64,000 nucleotides of DNA. Source: Fibrobacteria bacterium (GTDB lineage: Bacteria > Fibrobacterota > Fibrobacteria > UBA11236). Location of the stretch: NCBI GenBank assembly GCA_043745805.1, contig JAYTSD010000044.1, forward strand, positions 40,537 to 104,536, given 5' to 3'. The notes under the pieces are model-generated. The model had not been told where the DNA came from. It saw only the letters and a program-made list of their open reading frames with translations, and did no database searches. Below, one piece after another: positions 9,482 through 21,694 of this stretch (positions are counted from its first letter, which is position 1; the number at the start of each line of letters is the position of its first letter). A program made the translations under genes and the position numbers.

Positions 9482-10371
9482 TTATTTTTTCTTCTTTGGT
9501 TTCGGTATATCTAATTTCTTTATCGCTTTGTCAAAATCACTTTCAATAAGCTTATCTTGAATGATTCTGTATTTCTCAAATTCCTTTTCTGCCAATACTA
9601 AAGCTACTTCATGGGTTACCGTTCCTGCATTTTTCAAAACGGCCTCTTCGTTGAACTGCAGAAATGCATCCAGCTTTTTTACCCAATCTTTCATATACAT
9701 TATCACACCTTTGTTTGCCTGATTCTCTGCATAATCAAGATACATGGTTACGATGCGGTTTGTCCTGTAATTGCCCAATGCAATTTATTTTGAACCGTTG
9801 CAAAAAATATTTTTGTAATATCATTATCGCCGCTGTAATCGGCACTGCATTCCGAATAGATGTCGGTTATTTTCTGATAAAATCTTCTTTCACTGCTGCG
9901 TATATTACGAATTCGTGCAAGCTGTTCTTCAAAATAATCTTTACCAAAAATATTGTTTGGGTTTTTCAGCCTTTTATCATCCATCGTGAAACCCTTGATG
10001 ATGTACTCTTTCAATCGTTCCGTTGCCCAAATGCGGAAAGCTGTTGCTTGTGAGCTGTTTACTCTATACCCAACAGAAATAATTGCATCCAAATTATAGA
10101 ACTGTGTGGAGTAGATTTTTCCATCTGCGGCAGTATGTTCCAAAATGGAAACAACTGAAATTTCCCGTAATTCGCCTGTTTCAAAAATATTTTTCAGATG
10201 CTTGTTAATGGCTGGTCGCTGCACTCCAAACAAATCAGCGATTTTTTGTTGTGTAAGCCAGACAGTTTCATTTTGTAAATAAATTTCCACTTTCACATTG
10301 CAATTTGGTGTTGTGTAAAGCAGTATTTCATTGAACCCTTCTTTGGGCGTAACGTCTTTCTTTTTTGTCAT
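9482..10371 (-). pseudogene. Virulence RhuM family gene disrupted by an internal deletion and frameshift
   Basis: WLTQ..IADLF, YNLDAIISVGYRVNS, IRSSERRFY, QNKLHWAITGQTA* in one frame; NRIVTMYLDYAE... in another; the segment between them is absent. Confidence 0.85.
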
Positions 10372-10532
10372 TACTTATTTTTTCTTTCCATACGCAAAAT
10401 GTTTGGTCAATTTATTCAGAAATAGGTTTAGTCACCCTTTTGAATCGCTTTTTTCAATTCATTTTCAAATTTTGATACTCTCATATTAATCCATTTCAAA
10501 AATTGTGAATAAATAAATGGAAGAACCTAGGT

Positions 10533-10694
10533 TAAACTTCCCCCTCTTGTTAAAGTAGACTACTTTCTGTCTGCTAAACCGAGGGAAGTTCAAACTGCTT
10601 CTTCTTTAAATTCCGATGTATAACGTTTCCCTTGCATACTTCCTCCTTGGTGTAAAATAGACTTTCTTTTGTCTACTATAACGGGGGAAGTTCA
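10533..10694 (-). mobile_element. IS3-family remnant: two related termini and a 15-codon orfA stub
   Basis: Minus strand TGAACTTCCCCCG... at 10694, then AGGAGG and MQGKRYTSEFKEEAV (10637-10593), cut by a second TGAACTTCCCTCG at 10592. Confidence 0.75.
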
Positions 10695-10887
10695 TGATTT
10701 ATTTAAAAATACCTATTGTGAAATATCCCTATTCCAAACACTAATTAAATTCCCAAAATAAATCTTCATACATTTTGCTTACAAAGCAAAAAGTTAATGG
10801 TGACTATCGTAACATAAAAAAGGGAAAATCCGCGGAATTTAAAGGCTTTTTACTCTCCAGCAAAGAGCAACAGAAGAAGTAGTATAA

Positions 10888-13278
10888 TCAATTACTAATC
10901 AACCATTTTTTCAGCAGTCCAAACTCCTTACTATTTGCCATAATTTCCCGCCATTGTTTATCCATTTCTTTTTTTGCCGTATACGAAAGCGTCCAACCCA
11001 ATGGTAATGGGATTTCGCGTTCTTCCAAAACAAACTCCAGATAATGAATTTCTGGATCACCGCCTTCCGCTGCTTCTTCAGAAAACTTCTCCACTAAATT
11101 TTTTATTGCAGCTTGTGAATATGTTCCACGTGATTCGCGAGTATTTAATAAAGTGAATGCTGGAGATAATAATTCATTTAAAACCTTATTTGCTGGAACT
11201 TCAGTAAAAGTTTTTTTCTGCTGAAAGCGTATCAATATTACTATCGGATAAATTCTTTCCCAAATTTCATCATTCCCTTTTTGTTGTGCTTCTTTAATTC
11301 CCGACAAAACATCATACAAGGAAGCTGCACCCGAATTTTCGAAATACCCACCATCCACAATATGACCAAAAACCTTATATGCTTTTTTTAAAGTATCATC
11401 GGAGTTAACAAGAGTATGCATCAAAGTGCCGGCAGGACTCACATAAGTGAAGCGCGCGCTTAAATGCACCGCCGTACTTAAACGCAAAGGATGATCCGCA
11501 ATCTCCTCCACATCAATAGCATCGGGGAAATCTTGAGGGATTAATTTTAAATTGCTCGCCAAAGCGCGTTTACCCGTTTCCACCCAAGTTCCATTTAATA
11601 ATAAAGCAGGAATTTCATTGGCCGTATCCTTTGCCCAAATTTGCTGTAAAGGTTGTGCAAAAAAATCGCTATGCACTATTCTTCTCCAAGCTATTTCCCA
11701 AGAATCTTCTAAGGCACGTGCTCTATCAAAATAAGGAATAGGCAAAGGCAATAGACGCTGAATTAAATCGGGATATAGCATATAAGCTAATGAAGTGGAG
11801 AGATAATCTTCACCCAACATCGCGCGTGAGCAAGCCAATAAATTGGTTTTTATTCTTCCATCATAGTCTTCACATTGCCGAATTGAGTCAGGATATTGTT
11901 GTTTATCGGCAAGCAAAGCAGCAAACACCGAAGAACCTAAACTTCCACCCGATACACCACTTAATGCTAAAGTATGTTTGGAGAAATCCGATAAACTATC
12001 TTGAATACCACTTAATACTGACGCGGTCCAATAAGCCGCACGAATTCCACCCCCCTCTGCAGCCACTAAAAATACCGGAACTTTTTCATGAGCGGGTTTG
12101 TTTTTTATTAGTCCAGTTAACCAATTTCGCAAATATTTATCTAAGATCTTATCATCTGCTTTGGTTATTTTTTCAAGCGTTTTGATTTCGCGTATCGCAT
12201 GATTATCATTGAAATAGCCAAACAAAATAGACGCAATGAATGCCAATGTTAACAAAGGAAATCCTGAGCGCAAGCCCAAAAAAACTAACACGGTTCCGCA
12301 ACCCATTAAGGTAGCTGCTCCAAAAATCAATATGGTAGCTGATCCTAAAAATGGAGGCAAGCCACTGCAAAAAAGTATGGTCAGAAAAAACAAAGCATGC
12401 GCCGTTAACAAAATGGAAATAAATATTTTTGTAGAAGGCGACCAATCTTTAAATTTTGTATTCCCTTTCATTTCGGTAGGGACAAAAAAGTTTTTTCTCA
12501 CCTCTTCATTTTTTTGGCTGTTTTCTGGAGATTTATTCTTTTCTATCAATATTTTTCGCCAATGAATTGCCCAATGAAAACCAAAAGCCATCCATAATAT
12601 CACTAGAGCCATTTGATTTAAATGATGCCAAGGATAATATGCATTATAGGCAAAACAGTGACATATACACAAATAAATTAAAGTGTAAACTGTGGCTAAG
12701 GCTCCAATAAATTTATGCATCCAATCCGGTTTAAAAAAATAAATAATGAATAAAGGCGTACTAAAAATCCAAAAATAGAGGTTAAGTTGCGAAGGACTTA
12801 TTTTAACAAAATACGAATAAGAGGATAAATGCAAAGCCATAGCCACGGCGATAAAGGCAGATGCTCCTAAAAATCGTGGAATGCCATGACTCCATTTATC
12901 GCCTAAATGTTCTTCTTCAACAAATACATCCAATAATACACGACTAAAATACCAACCATTTACTGCCCATAGACCAACTGAAAAGGCGAAGCAAAAGAGT
13001 TTAAAAAAAAGCCGCGTACAAAATTTTTCATGCTCACCTAAATTTCGTAAAGTCTCTTGTCCTTGCGGTACCATCAATAAAACAAAAGCCACTACTATAA
13101 TTATTAATACACTAAAACGAGTAAGAAAAATATCTTTCCCTAATTTTTGCGCATTGTCCAAAATAAACATGAAGGGATTTTTTACAAAGCGAATAAGGAA
13201 TATAAAAGCCCCAATAAATATTATGCAAAGCGCAAATGATATTCCATTGGACAAATAAGGATTAGGGTTCGCTTCCAT
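10888..13278 (-). CDS. Polytopic membrane patatin-like phospholipase
   Basis: Many N-terminal hydrophobic helices; GGGIRA, GVSGG, VDGGYFENSG. Confidence 0.8.
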   Translation of the reverse strand: MEANPNPYLSNGISFALCIIFIGAFIFLIRFVKNPFMFILDNAQKLGKDIFLTRFSVLIIIVVAFVLLMVPQGQETLRNLGEHEKFCTRLFFKLFCFAFSVGLWAVNGWYFSRVLLDVFVEEEHLGDKWSHGIPRFLGASAFIAVAMALHLSSYSYFVKISPSQLNLYFWIFSTPLFIIYFFKPDWMHKFIGALATVYTLIYLCICHCFAYNAYYPWHHLNQMALVILWMAFGFHWAIHWRKILIEKNKSPENSQKNEEVRKNFFVPTEMKGNTKFKDWSPSTKIFISILLTAHALFFLTILFCSGLPPFLGSATILIFGAATLMGCGTVLVFLGLRSGFPLLTLAFIASILFGYFNDNHAIREIKTLEKITKADDKILDKYLRNWLTGLIKNKPAHEKVPVFLVAAEGGGIRAAYWTASVLSGIQDSLSDFSKHTLALSGVSGGSLGSSVFAALLADKQQYPDSIRQCEDYDGRIKTNLLACSRAMLGEDYLSTSLAYMLYPDLIQRLLPLPIPYFDRARALEDSWEIAWRRIVHSDFFAQPLQQIWAKDTANEIPALLLNGTWVETGKRALASNLKLIPQDFPDAIDVEEIADHPLRLSTAVHLSARFTYVSPAGTLMHTLVNSDDTLKKAYKVFGHIVDGGYFENSGAASLYDVLSGIKEAQQKGNDEIWERIYPIVILIRFQQKKTFTEVPANKVLNELLSPAFTLLNTRESRGTYSQAAIKNLVEKFSEEAAEGGDPEIHYLEFVLEEREIPLPLGWTLSYTAKKEMDKQWREIMANSKEFGLLKKWLISN

Positions 13279-13316
13279 TTATACTCCTGGCTAATCAGGA
13301 ATAGTAGCAGAATTTT

Positions 13317-13757
13317 TTAGGGTGCGGAAGTATTACTCTTAGATACTTCTAAATGGATGATTTGATAAATCGGTGGTTTATAGGGTAATTCATTGCCTTT
13401 TGTAAAAAACACACATAGGTCATGCTTGCCTTCACTTAAATTCAATACTGTATCCATTTGTCCTTCATCAAAATGCAGATGCAAATTGTCTCTAAGAACA
13501 ACTTCATTGGGACTAGGTAAGGCTGCATCTATAATTAAAACTATATGCCCATGACCTTGCATTACCCCATGAATAACCGGCTCTATAATTAAATTTTCAC
13601 TTTTTAATTCCACATTAAAGGGACTATTTACTTTTACTCCCTCCATTAAATTTCCAAAATAAACTTTTCCTTTAGGCTTTTCCCCACATCCTAACAACAA
13701 AACAATTGCCATAACCCATGTTTTCAACATTTTATCCTTAGTTTTGTGATTTCCCAT
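13317..13757 (-). CDS. DUF4399-like lipoprotein
   Basis: LLGC lipobox; GHGHIVLIID, HLHF..GQ, LSEGKHDL. Confidence 0.65.
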   Translation of the reverse strand: MGNHKTKDKMLKTWVMAIVLLLGCGEKPKGKVYFGNLMEGVKVNSPFNVELKSENLIIEPVIHGVMQGHGHIVLIIDAALPSPNEVVLRDNLHLHFDEGQMDTVLNLSEGKHDLCVFFTKGNELPYKPPIYQIIHLEVSKSNTSAP

Positions 13758-13759
13758 TA

Positions 13760-14078
13760 TAACCTTCTAAGATTTTCAATATCTATCGACATTTTTCTGG
13801 GGATAGATATTTTTTAACATTTAATTTTAAAATTTATAGGGTCTCAGTGTGGGTGTGCATTGAAAAATACTTTTCAACATCTATTGTGTTCAACCTATAT
13901 GCAAAAGTTTTGCTTTATCCCTATTTTAAAAACAATCCCTAAATTGTTATAAGTCCAGTAATTTTAAGCACCTAGACAAAAAAAAACCACTTTTCCTTAT
14001 CTCTCAACAACCCTAATACTAATCCTTATTTGATCTATAAAATGGATATATAGTAATTATGGTTTATAGATTTTTGAA
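13760..14078. other. Candidate replication origin oriC
   Basis: AT-rich intergenic region with degenerate DnaA boxes and a box-box-ACCC-TAATACTAA motif; third-position G/C preference flips across it in sampled codons. Confidence 0.6.
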
Positions 14079-14972
14079 TTATTTATACAAAGAAAATTTA
14101 CTAGAATATTTGATTTGTTTTAATTTTGCCAATGCCTTTTCTTTTATTTGACGAACTCTTTCTCTTGTTAAATTTAATCTGAATCCGACTTCATCTAAGG
14201 TTAATTGCACTTCAGTTCCTAATCCAAAATATAGTTTTAACACATTACTTTCTCTTTCGGTAATAGAAGTGAGCGCATTTTCAATTTCTGATTTTAAATT
14301 CTTTTCTATAAGAATAAATTCAGGATTTCTTTGTTGGTCATCATGTATACTGTTTATCCATTTTGAATTTTCTTCAGGTATGGAATTTTCTAATGACTTG
14401 CAAGGATTTTTTATTTCCTCGTAATTTAATATTTCCTTTAATTCTAATTCTGTATGCAAAGTAATTTCTTCAAGAGTTGGATTCCTTCCAAATTTTTGTT
14501 CTAAGTGGATTATTGAATTTTTTATTTTTTGAAGAATATTTATTTTATAAACTGGAATTTTAATAGTTCTGGATTGTTCCGCTAAGGCCATTATTATTGA
14601 TTGTTTAATCCACCAAACAGCATAGGTTATAAATTTATAATTTTGAGATTCGTCATAGTTTTTCGCTGCGCGAATTAAACCAATATTTCCTTCATTAATT
14701 AAATCTGAAAGGTTTAATCCTTGGTTTTGATAATTTCGACTAACGGATACTACGAATTTTAAATTACTTAGTATGAGTTTATTTAATGCTTGTGAATTAT
14801 TTTCTCGAATAAGAGGCATCAACTCTTTTTCTTCTGCAATGCTTAATATTTTATGATTGGATATTTCTTTAAAGTAAAGATATAACTGAGAATCACCGTT
14901 ATAGTTTTTATAAAGTCTTTGTGATTCTTTATTTTGGATTATGGAAACATCTACAAAATTCTTGATGACCAA
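14079..14972 (-). CDS. Sigma-70 family factor (RpoD/RpoS-like, no region 1.1)
   Basis: NLKFVVSV, DLINEGNIGL, KFITYAVWWIKQ, TRERVRQI. Confidence 0.9.
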   Translation of the reverse strand: MVIKNFVDVSIIQNKESQRLYKNYNGDSQLYLYFKEISNHKILSIAEEKELMPLIRENNSQALNKLILSNLKFVVSVSRNYQNQGLNLSDLINEGNIGLIRAAKNYDESQNYKFITYAVWWIKQSIIMALAEQSRTIKIPVYKINILQKIKNSIIHLEQKFGRNPTLEEITLHTELELKEILNYEEIKNPCKSLENSIPEENSKWINSIHDDQQRNPEFILIEKNLKSEIENALTSITERESNVLKLYFGLGTEVQLTLDEVGFRLNLTRERVRQIKEKALAKLKQIKYSSKFSLYK

Positions 14973-15030
14973 AGTTTCTCCTTGGTAATTAAAGGTTTTA
15001 TAGTTGGATGATTTCCTTAATTTTTTTGTC

Positions 15031-16002
15031 TCAAGCGTTTATTGATTTAAGCACTAAGGCTATAATTTTCTCGACATCTATATTTTCTGCTTCCGCTTGG
15101 AAGTTCAATAATATGCGATGATTTAATGTTGGTTTTAAAATGGAAAGAATATCTTTTTCAGTAGGAATAGGTCTGCCCGCTAATAATGCTTTTGCTTTTG
15201 CTGCGAGAATTAAAAACTGAACAGCTCTAGGGCCAGCGCCCCATTTCACATAATTTTTTATTTCTTTAATTTCATTGTCTTTTTCTGGACGGGTAGCACG
15301 AACAACTTTTACTGCAAATTCATAAATATGTTCAGGAACAGTCATAGCCAAAACTTTTTCTTGTAAGGCTAAGATATTTTCTCTTTCCAACATGGGAATA
15401 ATGAATTCATTAGTTGTTTGCGTAGTCTTTTTTACAATGGCTAATTCTTCTTCATAGCTTGGATAATCTATTTGAATAGAAAATATAAAGCGATCTAATT
15501 GAGCTTCAGGAAGGGGATAGGTGCCTTCTTGTTCAATGGGATTCTGTGTGGCTAAAACCATAAAAGGTTCTTGTAATTTTTCAGTTCGGCCAAAAATAGT
15601 TACAATCTTCTCTTGCATAGCTTGCAACAATGCCGCTTGCGTTTTGGGCGGCGTACGATTTATTTCATCAGCCAATAAAATATTGGTAAAAATAGGGCCA
15701 TGAATAAAATTCAATTCTCTTTTGCCGGTACTTTTGTTTTCCTGTAAAATTTCCGTTCCTAAAATATCGGAAGGCATTAAATCGGGAGTAAATTGAATAC
15801 GATTAAAATTTAAATGTAAAGCTTGGGAAAAAGCATTCACCATAGATGTTTTAGCTAAGCCTGGTGGACCAATTAGTAAAACGTGAGCTTTGCATAAAAG
15901 GGCGATCACCATTTTTTCAATAGTTGATTCTTGGCCAACAATAACTTTGGCTATTTCTTTTTTTAAGCGGCTATAATGTTGAGGTATTTCTTCAATTTCC
16001 AT
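15031..16002 (-). CDS. MoxR family AAA+ ATPase
   Basis: [34 protein letters not shown]. Confidence 0.92.
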   Translation of the reverse strand: MEIEEIPQHYSRLKKEIAKVIVGQESTIEKMVIALLCKAHVLLIGPPGLAKTSMVNAFSQALHLNFNRIQFTPDLMPSDILGTEILQENKSTGKRELNFIHGPIFTNILLADEINRTPPKTQAALLQAMQEKIVTIFGRTEKLQEPFMVLATQNPIEQEGTYPLPEAQLDRFIFSIQIDYPSYEEELAIVKKTTQTTNEFIIPMLERENILALQEKVLAMTVPEHIYEFAVKVVRATRPEKDNEIKEIKNYVKWGAGPRAVQFLILAAKAKALLAGRPIPTEKDILSILKPTLNHRILLNFQAEAENIDVEKIIALVLKSINA

Positions 16003-16057
16003 ATTTGTACATCAGGCTATGGAAGAAAGCTATAAATTTTAAATTGAGAATTGCGTT

Positions 16058-16453
16058 TTATGCGCCGTATTTTTCGTAAACTCTTTCGCGCGATAAGGCT
16101 CGTGAAAGAGAACGTTGTGCTCTTGCTACATCCACTTCTTGATGTGATTGAATCCGTCCTAAGGCTCTTTCTTTCGCCGCTTTGGCTCGTTTCAAATCTA
16201 TTTCTGAAGGGGTTTCTGCGGCTTCGGCTAATACAATAGCTTTATTCGCATTAAATTCTAAAAAACCACCGGATAAATGAAATAGTGTGTCGGTTTGACC
16301 ATTGCGTATACGTAAAATACCTGGAATCAAACTGGAAAGAATGGGTGCGTGATTTTTATAAATTTCAAAATTACCATCCTTGCCTGGTGCAAGGATAGAA
16401 TCTACTTCGCCATCATAGGCTTTCTTTTCAGGAGTTAAAACCTGGATTTGCAT
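16058..16453 (-). CDS. atpC: ATP synthase F1 epsilon subunit
   Basis: VLTPE, NHAP, GGFLE; operon position. Confidence 0.95.
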   Translation of the reverse strand: MQIQVLTPEKKAYDGEVDSILAPGKDGNFEIYKNHAPILSSLIPGILRIRNGQTDTLFHLSGGFLEFNANKAIVLAEAAETPSEIDLKRAKAAKERALGRIQSHQEVDVARAQRSLSRALSRERVYEKYGA

Positions 16454-16455
16454 GG

Positions 16456-17862
<1,407 letters not shown>

Positions 17863-17877
17863 TTAAATACTCCTGCT

Positions 17878-18726
17878 TTATCCGTTGAGTGCTTCAGCAC
17901 CCGAAACAATTTCGATGAGTTCTTTGGTAATTGAGGCTTGGCGTGCACGATTCATAATCAAGGTCAAACGCGAAATCATATCCTTGGTATTTTTAGTAGC
18001 ACTGTCCATTGAAGCCATACGGGCACTATGTTCGCCCACTGCATTTTCTAATAAGCTGCGAAATAATTGTATGGTAACAATTTGTGGTAATAAATCGCTA
18101 AACACTTCGGCAATATTGGGCTCCACAATATAATTGGCGGCTGCATTATTTTTCTTTTTGTCTTGCTTAGGGAAAGGCAAAACTTGCACTAAGGTTGGCG
18201 TTTGGCTTAATACCGAATTGAATTTATTAAAAACAACAAAAACCTTATCCACTTTGCCCGAAGTATAATCGCTAATAATTTGGGCACCTAAAGTGTTAGC
18301 ATTCGATAGGCTGGGCATATTAGTTGACTCGGCTTTACCAATAGGTAAACTATTGCGTACAATAAATTCTTTGGCGCGACGACCAATGCCATGGCATTCT
18401 ATCGACTTGCCCTTTTCATACTGACGAGCAAAGAATTTTAAAAGATTATTATTAAAGCCACCGCAAAGTCCGCGATCCGAAGTGAGTACATAGTATGCCG
18501 TATGTTTTACTTCACGTGCTTCCATGAGCGGATGATCAAAATCTTCCATGGCTCCAGAAATGCGTTCCAGCAAATCCAACATTTTTTCATAATACGGCTT
18601 GGTGCGTGAATAAGCGTTCTGCGCCTTTTTCAATTTCGCGGCCGAAACCATTTTCATGGCGGACGTGATCTTGCTCGTATTTTTGAGCGACTTAATGCGC
18701 AGACGGAGTTCTTTAATCGTTGCCAT
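17878..18726 (-). CDS. atpG: ATP synthase F1 gamma subunit
   Basis: KITSAMKMV, SDRGLCG, RQASITKEL. Confidence 0.98.
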   Translation of the reverse strand: MATIKELRLRIKSLKNTSKITSAMKMVSAAKLKKAQNAYSRTKPYYEKMLDLLERISGAMEDFDHPLMEAREVKHTAYYVLTSDRGLCGGFNNNLLKFFARQYEKGKSIECHGIGRRAKEFIVRNSLPIGKAESTNMPSLSNANTLGAQIISDYTSGKVDKVFVVFNKFNSVLSQTPTLVQVLPFPKQDKKKNNAAANYIVEPNIAEVFSDLLPQIVTIQLFRSLLENAVGEHSARMASMDSATKNTKDMISRLTLIMNRARQASITKELIEIVSGAEALNG

Positions 18727-18737
18727 AATTTATTTGC

Positions 18738-20258
18738 TTAGGAAAATTGCTTTCCGAATTCCGTAAGAGCTTTTTTAACTTCAGCGGTCAATTCATCATC
18801 CAATTTTTTCTTCTCTTCAATAGAGTTGAGCATTTTGGAATAATTAGCATCGAGGAAAGTCAATAAATCTTGTTCATACTTGGATATTTTATCTAAAGCG
18901 ATTTCATCGGTGAAGCCATTCATACCAGCATACACGATTAAAATTGTTTTGGAAATGCGAAAAGGAATATATTGCCCTTGGCGTAATAAATGAGTCATTC
19001 TTTCGCCGCGCGCCAATTGTCTTTGTGTGGCTTTATCCAAATCCGACGCAAATTGGGAGAAAGCGGCAAGTTCGCGGTATTGAGCTAAAGTCAAACGTAA
19101 AGGACCCGATACTTGTTTTGTCGCTTTAATTTGCGCATCACCACCTACGCGCGAAACTGAAAGACCTACGTCTACGGCAGGGCGTTGGCCAGCATTGAAT
19201 AAGTTTGCATCTAAAAATATTTGTCCATCGGTAATAGAAATAACATTAGTAGGAATATAGGCGGAAACGTCACCGGCTTGGGTTTCAATAATCGGCAAAG
19301 CTGTTAATGAACCGCCGCCTTGGGCTTCGGAAAGTTTAGCAGCACGTTCCAATAAACGGGAATGTAAATAAAATACATCACCCGGATAAGCTTCACGTCC
19401 TGGAGGACGACGTAACAATAAAGATAATTGACGATAAGCTTGTGCTTGTTTGGTTAAATCATCATAAATCAAAAGCGCATGTCCGCCATTGTACATGAAA
19501 TATTCGCCCATGGTTACGCCGCAATAAGGCGCAAGATATTGTAGCGAAGCAGGATCGGAAGCATTAGCAGCGAGTACGCAAGTGTATTCCATCGCGCCGG
19601 CGCTTTTTAATTTTTCCACAATTTGTGCAATGGTACTTTGCTTTTGGCCAATGCCTACATAAATACACTTAACACCTTTGCCTTTTTGATTAATAATGGT
19701 GTCGATGGCAATTGCTGTTTTACCGGTTTTGCGATCGCCAATAATCAATTCACGTTGACCACGGCCAATAGGAATCATGGTGTCAATAGCTTTGATACCG
19801 GTTTCTAAAGGTTCGCAAACATTTTGTCTTTCAATAATGCCAGGCGCTTTAACTTCGATAGGACGAGTATGTGTCATATCTAATGCAGGGCCACCATCAA
19901 TAGGTTGGCCTAATGCATTAATGACGCGGCCTAAAATAGTATCGCCCACAGGAACGGATGCAATTTTTTTAGTGCGTCGAACCGTGTCGCCTTCTTTAAC
20001 AGCATTGATATCACCTAAAAGCGCAATACCTACACTGTCGGCTTCTAAATTTAAAACGAGAGCAGAAATGGTTTTTTGCGAACCTTCTACTTCTACTAAT
20101 TCACCAGCCATCACGTCGGATAAACCGAAAACGCGCGCGATACCGTCACCTACCTGTAACACAGTGCCAACGGAATAAGTTTCCGCAGTAGTATCTATGC
20201 TCTCGAGTTGTTTTTTAAGTATGGAGGAAATTTCATCCGAACGGATATCTGTGGCCAT
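18738..20258 (-). CDS. atpA: ATP synthase F1 alpha subunit
   Basis: [18 protein letters not shown]. Confidence 0.99.
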   Translation of the reverse strand: MATDIRSDEISSILKKQLESIDTTAETYSVGTVLQVGDGIARVFGLSDVMAGELVEVEGSQKTISALVLNLEADSVGIALLGDINAVKEGDTVRRTKKIASVPVGDTILGRVINALGQPIDGGPALDMTHTRPIEVKAPGIIERQNVCEPLETGIKAIDTMIPIGRGQRELIIGDRKTGKTAIAIDTIINQKGKGVKCIYVGIGQKQSTIAQIVEKLKSAGAMEYTCVLAANASDPASLQYLAPYCGVTMGEYFMYNGGHALLIYDDLTKQAQAYRQLSLLLRRPPGREAYPGDVFYLHSRLLERAAKLSEAQGGGSLTALPIIETQAGDVSAYIPTNVISITDGQIFLDANLFNAGQRPAVDVGLSVSRVGGDAQIKATKQVSGPLRLTLAQYRELAAFSQFASDLDKATQRQLARGERMTHLLRQGQYIPFRISKTILIVYAGMNGFTDEIALDKISKYEQDLLTFLDANYSKMLNSIEEKKKLDDELTAEVKKALTEFGKQFS

Positions 20259-20265
20259 AATTTTC

Positions 20266-20799
20266 CTATGCTGCTAATTTTCTTTTTAACACGTTCAACT
20301 GCGCTTTTACGCTGGAGTCGGTGATATGGTCGCCTTCCACAATACGGAATCCCGCAATGAGGCTGGCATCTAAAGTATTTTCAATAATGAATTTTTTTCC
20401 TGGCTGACGAGCGGTTAATTTGGAAGAAATTTTTTCCAACTGCTCGCTCGAAAGTTTTACTGCACTTACAACCGTAGCGCGTAAAATATTACGGCTATTT
20501 TCTTCCAGTACTAAAAACTGTTTGCTAATCGAAGAGAGATAAGCGAAACGATTTTTATGATAAAGTAAGTGAATAAATTTTTGCGTTAAGGGCTGCAATT
20601 TACTGAGCAATGAAGTTTTCAATAAATCCATTTTCTTATCATTGGCTAAGACAGGATTTTCGAGCACAGCTTGCAAGCGCGGAAAACTTTTAAAGGTTTC
20701 CAACAATAATTGAATGTCTTGCAATACCAAAGCTTGTGTGCTTGGTGTACAAGCCTCTAACAAGGTTTTGGCATATATCGCTGTGACTTTATTATTCAT
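20266..20799 (-). CDS. atpH: ATP synthase delta subunit
   Basis: YAKTL, KNRF, DASLIAG, DSSVK; operon position. Confidence 0.9.
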   Translation of the reverse strand: MNNKVTAIYAKTLLEACTPSTQALVLQDIQLLLETFKSFPRLQAVLENPVLANDKKMDLLKTSLLSKLQPLTQKFIHLLYHKNRFAYLSSISKQFLVLEENSRNILRATVVSAVKLSSEQLEKISSKLTARQPGKKFIIENTLDASLIAGFRIVEGDHITDSSVKAQLNVLKRKLAA

Positions 20800-20810
20800 T
20801 ACTTCTCAAC

Positions 20811-21410
20811 CTAAGCTTTATCTTTTACTGAAAGCTCATTGATTAATTGATCCACTACTTGGCGATGTTTAGCATCATCCAAGCTTTGTTGCAATAATTT
20901 TTCGGCAACTTGTATGGCAAGGTCGGCTGTGGTCTTTTTTAATTCAGACAAAGCGGCACTTTTAGCAATATCAATTTCACGTTTAGCCGATTCAAGAATT
21001 CTGGATTTTTCAGCATGCGCTGCTTCTTCCAGTTTCTTCCGCAATTCTTCCGAAGCTTGACGCGTATTTTGCAATAGAGCGCTGGCTTCGGCACGGGCTT
21101 CCGTTAAAATTTTATTTTGCTCTTCGCCAATGCGTTTGGATTCAATTTGAATTTGATTGGCTTTATCCAAGCTATCCTTGATGCGTTTTTCACGTTCATC
21201 AACAGAAGCGAGAATTGGGCCCCATGCCATTTTTTTCAGGATGAGCAAAAGCACCACGAAGACAACAATAGACCAAATCCCGACACCGGGATCAAAAGTC
21301 ATTAATTTAGGATCGCCGTGGCCGCTTTCTGCGGATGTTTCCGCATGTGTTTCCCCTGCAGGTGAACTTTCCGCTTGCGCGAATAATTCATAATTAATTC
21401 CTGATGACAT
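20811..21410 (-). CDS. atpF: ATP synthase Fo subunit b
   Basis: TM helix plus WGPIL..VDERE and a coiled coil; GGAG before the ATG at 21410. Confidence 0.93.
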   Translation of the reverse strand: MSSGINYELFAQAESSPAGETHAETSAESGHGDPKLMTFDPGVGIWSIVVFVVLLLILKKMAWGPILASVDEREKRIKDSLDKANQIQIESKRIGEEQNKILTEARAEASALLQNTRQASEELRKKLEEAAHAEKSRILESAKREIDIAKSAALSELKKTTADLAIQVAEKLLQQSLDDAKHRQVVDQLINELSVKDKA

Positions 21411-21437
21411 AGACACTCCGAAGTTACGCCTCAGCCT

Positions 21438-21674
21438 TTATTTGGCTGTAGCTAAAAGAATGCAAATAACTTGTGCGAACAAGGCCACACCTTCCACCAA
21501 AGCGGCGGCGATAAGCATATTGGTACGAATAATACCAACTTGTTCGGGTTGACGAGCAATGCCTTCGAGAGCAGAGCCAGCCAAGCGGCCAATGCCAATG
21601 CCTGCGCCGATAGCGGCCAAGCCAGCACCAATGCCGGCGGAAAGATATCCCATACTAACTGAATCAAGTGCCAT
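21438..21674 (-). CDS. atpE: ATP synthase Fo subunit c
   Basis: GAGIGIG, ARQPE, LVEGVALF; start set at MALDSV after AGGAG. Confidence 0.97.
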   Translation of the reverse strand: MALDSVSMGYLSAGIGAGLAAIGAGIGIGRLAGSALEGIARQPEQVGIIRTNMLIAAALVEGVALFAQVICILLATAK

Positions 21675-21694
21675 ACTGATCTCCTTTTTTTTGA

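Noticed and set aside
9740..9790. Programmed frameshift in rhuM
   Set aside because: No slippery sequence, and conserved coding sequence is missing, which indicates a deletion
10888..13278. CBASS CapV-type system
   Set aside because: No CD-NTase or other cap genes nearby
21438..21674. Na+-coupled ATP synthase
   Set aside because: The c subunit has EG rather than ES/ET and lacks the Na+-site Gln
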